Shown here piece by piece: positions 38,001-47,200 of a stretch of DNA of 59,062 nucleotides. Origin of the DNA: Macrostomum lignano. Lineage: Eukaryota. The stretch spans positions 1-59,062 of the forward strand of contig NIVC01004124.1 in the NCBI GenBank assembly GCA_002269645.1. Direction: 5' to 3'. A program made the translations under genes and the position numbers. The notes beneath the pieces are model-generated. The model was not told the DNA's origin. It searched no databases and saw nothing but the letters and a program-made list of their open reading frames with translations. Positions within the stretch are counted from its first letter, which is position 1; each line of letters opens with the position of its first letter.

Positions 38001-38998
38001 CCGTGCTCAGCGCTTTGTGCGACGCGATCGACAACTCCGAGTACTATGTCTACATTGAGAACCAGTTCTTCATCAGCTGCGCAGACGAGACCCTCGGCCG
38101 GAAGTGGCCGGTGCAGAACCCCATAGCCAGCCGGCTTGTCCAGCGGATCGTCCGAGCCAATCGAGAGGGCCGGAAATTCCGCGTCTACTTGGTGCTGCCG
38201 CTGCTGCCGCAGTTCGAAGGCGACGTAGCCGAGAGTCCCAGCAGCGCTGACAGCATCAAGAAGATCCTGCACCACACCTACGCCTGCCTGTGCCGATCTG
38301 AGAGCTCCATGATGGCCCAGCTGTCCGATGCGGGCATTCAAGCGTCCGACTATTTGTCCGTTTGCGCGCTGCGCACCTGGGGCCAGCTGGCTGGCGGCGA
38401 GCTGGTCTCCGAGCTCATCTACGTGCACAGCAAGCTGATGATAGCGGACGATCGAGTCGCCATCATCGGCTCCGCCAACATCAACGACCGGTCGTTGCTA
38501 GGCTACCGGGACTCGGAGATCGCGGTTCGATTCGAGGACTCCGGCTCGGATTTGGCACCGGCCGACTGGCAGGCGGCGGCGTCAGCCGCTCCGGCCCAGT
38601 CCGGCTCGTTCTGCGGCTCGCTGCGCCGCTGCCTGATGCGCGAGCACCTCGGCCTGTCCATCTCGGATCCCGCCAACCAGGCTCTGGCCGACCCAACTAG
38701 CGACCAATTCTTCCACGAGGTCTGGTCGGCCACGGCCCGGCGAAACACGGAGATATTCGAGCAGGTGTTCCACTGCTACCCCACTGACCGGGCCAGCAAC
38801 TACAAGGAGCTTCGAGACTGGGTTAGCGAGCCCAGCCTGGCCGCCACCGACCGGGAGCAGGCGGTGCACCAGCTGGAGACCGAGGTTCGCGGCTTCCTGG
38901 TGGAGTTTCCGCTGAACTTCCTGGACGGGGTCAGCTTGGACTTTCAGGTTGGCCGGATTTCTAGCGCCTCGCTGCTGCCGCTGATCACCTGGCTGTAG
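26086..38998 (+). CDS. PLD: Phospholipase D1/2-type (PX-PH-2xHKD)
   Basis: Exons 26086-26986, 27080-27238, 27507-27979, 28277-28551, 32432-33045, 35427-35551, 37503-38998, phases consistent. Motifs: AKWYVDGATYF, EEIFICDWWLTPE, LWAHHEKLVVVD (HKD1), FVGGIDLCWGRWD, WRGKDYVN, PRMPWHD, YIENQFFIS, IYVHSKLMIADD..IIGSANINDRS (HKD2), FLVEFPLNFL. Three frameshifts (~26760, ~27600-27720, ~28438). Exon 32432-33045 is assigned by phase and position only. Confidence 0.93.
28040..28205. repeat. Diverged ~47-bp tandem repeat, ~3 copies, in PLD intron 3
   Basis: GATCTTGGTGACAGAGAG..CACAGAGTGAGTCCTAC at 28082 and 28129. Confidence 0.7.
29090..29349 (+). mobile_element. tRNA-derived SINE, family A (copy 1, B box partly deleted)
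   Basis: GGGAGTTGTAGCCCAGTGGTTAAAGCATCGGACTCACGAC head (A box), core GTCCTTGAGCAAGATACTTAACTCTGCATTGCT, C-run, ATT-rich tail. Colinear with the reverse complement of 41848-42893. Confidence 0.8.
30111..30556. mobile_element. Possible non-autonomous DNA element bounded by a short inverted repeat
   Basis: AAAATAGTTGAAGGCCGATTTT (30117) vs AAAATCGACCTTCAACTATTTT (30528): 21/22 inverted match. No TSD resolved. Confidence 0.3.
32190..32420. repeat. Degenerate (CAA)n microsatellite next to the PLD exon 5 acceptor
   Basis: Directly visible. Confidence 0.85.
33117..33590. repeat. 15-bp minisatellite TTTCTCATGTCCCAG
   Basis: About 30 copies, in PLD intron 5. Confidence 0.96.
34110..34422. repeat. 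42-bp minisatellite ATTCTGAAGCCTCACATTACTAACCTGAGACTTATAACTCAG
   Basis: About 7 copies. Confidence 0.95.
34965..35385. repeat. 32-bp minisatellite ATAAATATAACACCTGTGTTGTAAGAGAGGCC
   Basis: About 13 copies, ending ~40 nt before the PLD exon 6 acceptor. Confidence 0.95.
36371..36709 (+). mobile_element. tRNA-derived SINE, family B (most complete copy)
   Basis: GGGGGCGTAGTCCAGTGG (A box) ... GGCTCGATTCC (B box-like), followed by a body shared with 1912-2200, 15253-15331 and 55771-55901. Confidence 0.8.
37030..37440. repeat. 33-bp minisatellite CTGTGAGATTGTCACTCTGTTTAGTTCTTCCAT (two variants)
   Basis: About 12 copies, ending ~60 nt before the last PLD acceptor. Confidence 0.94.
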
Positions 38999-39074
38999 CA
39001 TCTTGAACCCCTACACCGAGGCTGGACTTTGAACCAGACCTGGAAATGTAACACCGGAGCCTGAGTATTGAGCA

Positions 39075-41010
39075 CCGGGATCTGAAACTTGAATACCGTG
39101 ATCTGAAACTTGAACACCGTAGTCTGAAACTTGAACACCGGGATCTGAAACTTGAACACCGTAGTCTGAAACTGGAACACCGGGATCTGAAACTTGAACA
39201 CCGTAGTCTGAAACTTGAACACCCGGATCTGAAACTTGAACACCGGGATCTGAAACTTGAACACCGGGATCTGAAACTTGAACACCGGGATCTGAAACTT
39301 GAACACCGAGATCTGAAACTTGAACACCGTAGTCTGAAACTTGAACACCGGGATCTGAAACTTGAACACCGTAGTCTGAAACTTGAACACCGGGATCTGA
39401 AACTTGAACACCGTAGTCTGAAACTTGAACACCGGGATCTGAAACTCGAACACCGGGATCTGAAACTCGAACACCGGGATCTGGAACTTGAACACCGGGA
39501 TCTGAAACTTGAACACCGGGATCTGAAACTTGAACACCGGGATCTGAAACTTGAACACCGTAGTCTGAAACTTGAACACCGTAGTCTGAAACTTGAACAC
39601 CGGGATCTGAAACTTGAACACCGTAGTCTGAAACTTGAACACCGGGATCTGAAACTTGAACACCGTAGTCTGAAACTGGAACACCGGGATCTGAAACTTG
39701 GACACCGGGATCTGAAACTTGAACACCGGGATCTGAAACTTGAACACCGTAGTCTGAAACTGGAACACCGGGATCTGAAACTTGAACACCGGGATCTGAA
39801 ACTTGAACACCGTAGTCTGAAACTTGAACACCCGGATCTGAAACTTGAACACCGGGATCTGAAACTTGAACACCGGGATCTGAAACTTGAACACCGTAGT
39901 CTGAAACTTGAACACCGGGATCTGAAACTTGAACACCGTAGTCTGAAACTTGAACACCGGGATCTGAAACTCGAACACCGGGATCTGAAACTCGAACACC
40001 GGGATCTGAAACTTGAACACCGGGATCTGAAACTTGAACACCGGGATCTGAAACTTGAACACCGGGATCTGAAACTTGAACACCGGGATCTGAAACTTGA
40101 ACACCGGGATCTGAAACTTGAACACCGTAGTCTGAAACTTGAACACCGGGATCTGAAACTTGAACACCGTAGTCTGAAACTGGAACACCGGGATCTGAAA
40201 TTTGAACACCGTAGTCTGAAACTTGAACACCGTAGTCTGAAACTTGAACACCCGGATCTGAAACTTGAACACCGTAGTCTGAAACTTGAACACCGGGATC
40301 TGAAACTTGAACACCGGGATCTGAAACTTGAACACCGTAGTCTGAAACTTGAACACCGTAGTCTGAAACTGGAACACCGGGATCTGAAATTTGAACACCG
40401 TAGTCTGAAACTTGAACACCGTAGTCTGAAACTTGAACACCCGGATCTGAAACTTGAACACCGTAGTCTGAAACTGGAACACCGGGATCTGAAACTTGGA
40501 CACCGGGATCTGAAACTTGAACACCGGGATCTGAAACTTGAACACCGTAGTCTGAAACTGGAACACCGGGATCTGAAACTTGAGCACCGTAGTCTGAAAC
40601 TTGAACACCGTAGTCTGAAACTTGAACACCCGGATCTGAAACTTGAACACCGGGATCTGAAACTTGAACACCGGGATCTGAAACTTGAACACCGGGATCT
40701 GAAACTTGAACACCGTAGTCTGAAACTTGAACACCGTAGTCTGAAACTTGAACACCGGGATCTGAAACTCGAACACCGGGATCTGAAACTCGAACACCGG
40801 GATCTGAAACTTGAACACCGGGATCTGAAACTTGAACACCAGGATCTGAAACTTGAACACCGGGATCTGAAACTTGAACACCGGGATCTGAAACTTGAAC
40901 ACCAGGATCTGAAACTTGAACACCGTAGTCTGAAACTTGAACACCGTAGTCTGAAACTTGAACACCGGGATCTGAAACTTGAACACCGGGATCTGAAATT
41001 TGAACACCGG
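39075..41010. repeat. 21-bp minisatellite GATCTGAAACTTGAACACCGG / GTCTGAAACTTGAACACCGTA, ~92 copies
   Basis: Starts ~75 nt after the PLD stop codon, with degenerate precursors from ~39003. Confidence 0.97.
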
Positions 41011-41847
41011 ATGACAACTGTAACCCAAATACAGAAGTGATTGTTATATAAATGCTTTCAGTCATATTCACCGTGTTTCATATCTTTTAACGGAATAAAC
41101 TATTGTTATATTTTCTATTTATGATTTTTTCGCAAACTGACGTTATTTCCTATTTTTCAACTTACAGATGGTTGTGCTTCGAGTTTCTATTGTTGTTGCT
41201 GTCTCAGTTTGGTTTGAAAAAGTCTAAGCCAAGCAAAAACCCAAGTCAAGTAACTCACTTTTTAATAGCAACGAATTGTTTTAAACTCATAGTGTCTTTT
41301 TGCCTATAATAGAATCGCATTCATTCAGATCAAATTGATTTGCTGTTAATTTGTACAAACAAAAGCCGGTGAGGAGACCCAAGTGACACCAAGCTGCCCT
41401 TGTACCCAGGACATACTGACCAAATTCTGTTGAAACATTTTGCTTTTTCTGTGGCAAAATTAGGCCCTTCAAATAAACTGTCCATGACACAAACGCCCTG
41501 GATACATCGGCAACCTCCTATTCCTTCTTGTAAAGCAAATTAATCTGCTTCTATTTGTCTTTTATTGATCGATTTTTATGCTGCCGAATCTCTTACATAA
41601 CTTGCTTTCAAATCTAATTACAAAATTTATTTTTCTTTTCAAATTTTCTTCAAGACGTGCCAGTCCAATGCGAACTGTTTTTGCCAAGATTGTCTTTTAA
41701 AAGCAAAATAAAAGAAGCTTATTTTGTGTGTGCCAAGAATATATGGCCTGAAAAACTTCAGTGTGGCTTCTGTGTTTCTCATATTGGTGAACTTGGGCGG
41801 CTTAAAACAGTGCAAGGTTCTGTTTTTGTTCAAGCTGGTTAAACTAC

Positions 41848-42893
41848 TAATTATAATTATGATACATCACCTGCCCTGATAGGCAGATGTGCAACCGACA
41901 GCTCAGCCGCAGCTATTGCGCGGTGCATCTGAAGGCTGCGTACGGCTGTTCTGTCTAAGGACTGGGGGGGGGGGCTGCCGCACAACCTCAATTACCACAG
42001 CTAATGCTGGCACCCATTTTACAGCTGGGTGAACTGAAGCAATGCAGAGTTGAGTGTCTTGCTCAACAACAACAACAGAATACGCAGTTGCGTCACAGGG
42101 CGCGCTTCAAGGCCAGGTCGCGAATGAACGCCACGTCGCCGGGCGAATCCGGGGCGCCGGCGTCAGCCAGCAGGCAGTCGACGAAACGCCGAGTGCGCCT
42201 GCCCCCGCCGGTAGGGTGCCTGCAGCGTTAGCAGCAGCACCTCCGGCACCGGCTCGGGGCAGTACGACTCGGCGCGGATGATATGACCTGCCAGCTGGAG
42301 TCGCCGACGGCGCAGCAGGTCGCTTGGACGGACCAGGCCGGCGCGGCGATACAAAGCCGCGTTGGTCACTCGCTCGTAGCCGATCTTGAAGGCGGCGCGC
42401 AGCAGGCCAGCGTGCGCCGCGTCAACTTGTTGCTCGAGCGACTCCGTCAGCGTCCAGGTCTCGGCGTTGTACAGCAGGACGGTCTCGATCACCGCCTGGA
42501 ACAGCGCCGCCCTCTGGCGGTCAGGTAAGGCCTCGGACTGCAGGACTGCCTTCACAGGCAGCCCAGGGAAGCCCGCGGCGACGCCGCAAATCTTCGCGGA
42601 CGCCGGGAACCAGACCGCCGAGGTAGACGAACTGCTGACAACGCGGAAGCTCTGTCGCCTGTCCATCAGCGCCTCGGCACAAAATCGCAGCCTCGCACAA
42701 AATCGCAGCCTCGGCACAAAATCGCAGCCTCGCACAAAATCGCAGCCTCGGCACAAAATCGCAGCCTCGGCACAAAATCGCAGCCTCGCACAATCTTGCT
42801 CAAGGACACAAATAGTTCCGAGTAGAATCGGGAATCGAACCCCCGACCTTCAAGTCGTGAGTCCGACGCTCTAAACACTAGGCTACAACCCCC
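41848..42893 (-). mobile_element. tRNA-derived SINE, family A (copy 2), split by a LINE insertion
   Basis: Head 42893-42804: GGGGGTTGTAGCCTAGTGTTTAGAGCGTCGGACTCACGAC..GGTTCGATTCC (A and B boxes). Body resumes at 42066-41848 and matches copy 1. Confidence 0.85.
42067..42793 (-). mobile_element. 5'-truncated RTE-like non-LTR retrotransposon 3' fragment with (TTG)n tail and 10-bp TSD
   Basis: C-terminal RT-ORF motifs CQQFVYLG, FQAVIETVLLYNAETWTLT, RRRRLQLAGHIIR. TCTTGCTCAA is duplicated at 42057-42066 and 42794-42803. A 19-20-bp tandem repeat forms its 5' end (42676-42790). Confidence 0.85.
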
Positions 42894-44075
42894 ATTGTAC
42901 GCAAGAAAGAAGCTTAGGAAGTGACTCAACAACACGTTTCGACGATGTGAAGCTTTCGAGCTTGTGAACTTTCAAGCTTGTAAAACGCCCTTTCCAGAAT
43001 CGAGCCCGGGACCTCTTGTACAACCAATCACACGGGACGCAGAGAATCAGAAATAAAATTCACCAATTAAAGACACTAAGATAAAAAATTTTCATTGCTT
43101 CAAAACGCGAATGTACTTTTATTTGCAGTTGAACCAAGATTATAGCATTTAGCGATGAAACACTACTAGCTAACACTATGCTCTACTAACACAGTTCTTG
43201 AACATTATAACAATAGCACTGCAACAAATTCAGTTGAAGGGCATGCAAGATCGATATAAAATGAGTAGTTAAAATTTATTGTTTCAATTTATAAGCAGAA
43301 TTCAGTTAGTCTTGTCCACAGATACTAAAATGACTAGATGGGCCACTCAGGCGTATATACTTGGTAAAACAGCTTTCTACTTTCAGTTCAGTAGCAAAGA
43401 AGAATACATAAGCTATTTTATGAAAATAAAGGCAGCTGAAATGACTTTGATAAGTTTAGAAGCTCAAGCTTGCAGGCGTAAGCAACTTGCTAATTGGTTC
43501 AGCCATAATGTACATTGGCCAGTCCACTGAAATGTACATGGCAGATTTAGGCTGGAATTTCGAGAAAGGCTAAAATTTGGGAGGGTAAGTGTGGAAAGGC
43601 GCGGCTGGGGGGGGGGAGGTTTAAGCTGGGAGAGGTAAAAGCCATAAAATGAGCCTTGGCTTTAAAATGCATTAAAATGCTTCTGTTTAACTTATACTAC
43701 TGAACTGAAAGTAGCTTAAACGCAAATGTGCTGAGTGGCCCAACTAGATATTCCAGTATCTGTGGTCTAGACAACTATATTTTTTATCCACATAAAAGCT
43801 GTCTGACTTCATTGTGTGAGTATGCGCTTGTACGTGCGATCAAGTGGCGTTGAAATGCAAAGCACGAAAGTTGTAAAGCGTGGCGCTGATCCTCTGTCAA
43901 AAAAATAACAACCTTGATCTGCGAGCGCACGGATGCCCTTCAATTAAGCGTAGGTGTCAATCACAAATGAGGTGAGGCTTGTTAGTCAAACTGGAGCAAA
44001 TATTTGAATGAAGCAAATTTAGTTGGTGTTGCTTGAAAGGCAGATGAAAATTGAATAGCCAAACTCTTACTTTGA

Positions 44076-44260
44076 CAGCTCAGACTGAGCACTCTCGGGA
44101 CTCTCATCGGTGACAGCTCAGACTGAGCACTCTCGGGACTCTCATCGGTGACAGCTCAGACTGAGCACTCTCGGGAATCTCATCGGTGACAGCTCAGACT
44201 GAGCACTCTCAGAACTCTCATTGGTGACAGCTCAGACTGAGCACTCTCGGGACTCTCAGG
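44076..44260. repeat. 38-bp minisatellite GACAGCTCAGACTGAGCACTCTCGGGACTCTCATCGGT
   Basis: About 5 copies, immediately downstream of the WS/DGAT stop. Confidence 0.93.
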
Positions 44261-44272
44261 GGAGACCCCAGC

Positions 44273-47200
44273 TCAGACTTCGTACTCCCAGGTCTCGAAG
44301 CGCCGGCTGGTGAACACCGTGATATTGGGCTGCTCCATAGACGAGCCGCCGACAACCGCCAGACCGACCTGCGACGAAGTCGAGCGCCGTCGGCCGAACG
44401 AGCGAAGCGACACAAGTGACTGCTTGCGCCGCGCCGCCGGCACCCGGTCGAATTCCGGATCGTCGAAGTCGCCGTCGCCGCGGTTCGTCTTTCGCCGACG
44501 CAACTCCGTCATGAGCAGGTGGAACTCCGCCTTCAGCAGGTCGCGCTCGTCCGGGGCAAGGCCGTCGGGATCCTGCAGCCGGAGCTGAACGCCGGCAAGT
44601 CGCAGCTGCAGGTCGTCGTAGCTGGCTGTCTGGGCCGCCAACAGCAGGGCGGAGGCCTCCAGCTGGTGCGGCTCCTCGCTGGATTCACGGCTTCCTCGAG
44701 GTGTCGATGCCACCGTCAGGCTGTCCGCCGATGACATGGCAAGAGCCTGGTCGGAGCCGCCGCCAACTCCGAGGCCGCTGAAGTCGCCAGGCTGTGGCGA
44801 CGGCGACCTGCGACGCGAATTCAACGCCGCGGACGAAGTCGACGAAGCCTCCGGGTTGTTTACCGCGGCGATTCGAGCGGCTCGATTCCGTTTGGCGAGC
44901 TCGCGGCCCTCGCCTGGAACTCGGCGATGCTCTAGGAGCTTGCTCAGCGCAGCGGCCTGCAAACAGAAGGCGAGGGCGGTCCGCTAAAGATCGATACTGA
45001 TCTCCAAGTCGGAGCCATGTTGTGGCCTGTACGAGTCGCTCCCTCCTTCTCGAAAGCTGATTAGTTGACGCCTCTTGGCTCTCTAACCACACCCCTTTCC
45101 ACAGGTCGTTCCTACTCGAGAGCTGATTGGTTGACGCCTCTTGGCTCTCTAACCACACCCCTTTCCACAGGTCGTTCCTCCTCGAGAGCTGATTGGTTGA
45201 CGCCTCTTGGCTCTCTAACCACACCCCTTTCCACAGGTCGTTCCTCCTCGAGAGCTGATTGGTTGACGCCTCTTGGCTCTCTAACCACACACCCCTTTCC
45301 ACAGGTCGTTCCTCCTCGAGAGCTGATTGGTTGACGCCTCTTGGCTCTCTGACCACTCCCCTTTCAACAAGTCGTTCCTCCTCGAGAGCTGATTGGTTGA
45401 CGCCTCTTGGCTCCCTTACCACGCCCCTTTTCACAAGTCGCTCGCTCCTCCTCCTACGTTAAAAAAGTACGGTATTTTAGTGTACTGCCTCACTGCCTCA
45501 CTGCACAGCCTCAAAGCAAGCGAGTAGGTAACCAGCCCATTCCGCTGGCCCCTGAGCACGCACACTTTCTAATCGTCAGGCATGTCCACTCTATGTGCTA
45601 TAGGGGGGGGAGGGGGGGTCGGCCCTCATGAGCACTAATTGCACGAAAAATTCCAGGCCAACTTTTCTCGGATATTTAAATAATTGTGTTTTAATCGAGC
45701 AAAAGCTTTGAAGCTTCCAGTTGTTACACAAAGTTCGTCCGCAAAAGACAGCCACGCCAACATCAGGCCGACAGTCAGAGAGAAGGGAGCTCGTTCCCAC
45801 GCTCACGTGAGTTGTAGAGAGTCTTCGGTTTAAACTTAGTTAGGGCTGCTGGTTCGGAAGAAGATAAATGAGAGTGGGGAAAGAAAAAGTAGGATAGTAG
45901 CTACAGGATTTTGCTCTGTTCCTCTGTTTGAGCCGCTTCTAACTCGCACTAGCAGTGGGATAACACAGGACGGCGAGAGAGTGAGAAGGGTGCGCTCGTA
46001 TAGAAAAACTACGATGGGATGGAGATGGAGAGAAGTCCCTCGAGGCAGAAGATTAGGGAAGGGGGTTGGGCGCCGAAGCGGGAGGAAGTGAAAGCAGATC
46101 GTCGAACTTGCTTGGCCCTGAGCAGAAAATGTTTGCGGGCCCTGAGGTGACTGTGTCAGGGTGAGAAAGCTCGGTTGTGTTGGATCAACGGCACCGCCAT
46201 TCGAGTTTGGAAATTTGATTATAATTAGAGTATTTGTACCGGTATACCTGTCGTTTAGAATCTCATACTTCGAATTAATATACCTGTCCTATGCAACATT
46301 GTACCTGTCCTATGCAACATTATACCTGTCCTATACAACATTATACCTGTCTTATACAACATTATACCTGTCTTATACAACATTATACCTGTCCTATGCA
46401 ACATTATACCTGTCCTATGCAACATTATACCTGTCCTATACAACATTATACCTGTCCTATGCAACATTATACCTGTCCTATACAACATTATACCTGTCCT
46501 ATACAACATTACACATGTCCTATGCAACATTATACCTGTCCTATACAACATTACACATGTCCTATGCAACATTATACCTGTCCTATGCAACATTACACAT
46601 GTCCTATGCAACATTATACCTGTCCATTGGACGTTATCCCAGCTCAGCCGACTCTTACGACTCACGTCAAAATCATAAAAATCAAAATAAAAGATTGCAC
46701 TTTTCCAACGGGACGGGATAAATTTGCCAGCTTTCTAAATAATCCCAACCCTTCTCAGCTTGGGGGAGATTAATTGGCTGGCAGTTGCTCCATCCCGTCC
46801 CAAGCTGCGGGCAACAATTAGGCACCCCGCTGCTTCCCCCCCTGGGCGGGCTGAAGCGGCACTTCTTCTGCTTCTTCTAAAAGAGAAAGGAAAGCGGGCA
46901 AAAAACTTAAAGCAGCTTTGGGAGGATAGATTCTCGAGATTGAGCGATGGAGACTCAGCCTATTTTAAGCCTGAGGCTGAGTCTTCTAAGTTGCAGCAGA
47001 GCCAAGCAGACTTTCTAGGTGGTATAAAATATATCAAATATGACAAAGATGGAGAGAAGGGGCGGATGCCAACTGAGAATTCAGTGCAGCTTAGCGGAAC
47101 TTCGAAGCGTTTTGCTGCATCTGCGACAAGGCAAACGAAAATTCACTTCTACTGCTCCACACTTAGGGGTGGTGTTCGGTAAGGGTGGGAATTAGTCATT

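Noticed and set aside
38944-41071. 694-aa and 686-aa ORFs (VFKFQIP and PGVQVSD repeats)
   Set aside because: They arise because a 21-bp unit has no stop in these frames. They are antisense to PLD, with no unique domain or splice context.
29090-42893. tRNA genes at 29090, 36371 and 42893
   Set aside because: These are A/B-box heads joined to repeated SINE bodies; no complete cloverleaf is evident.
46760-47182. 140-aa plus-strand ORF in WS/DGAT intron 2
   Set aside because: Non-ATG start, no recognisable domain and no splice context.
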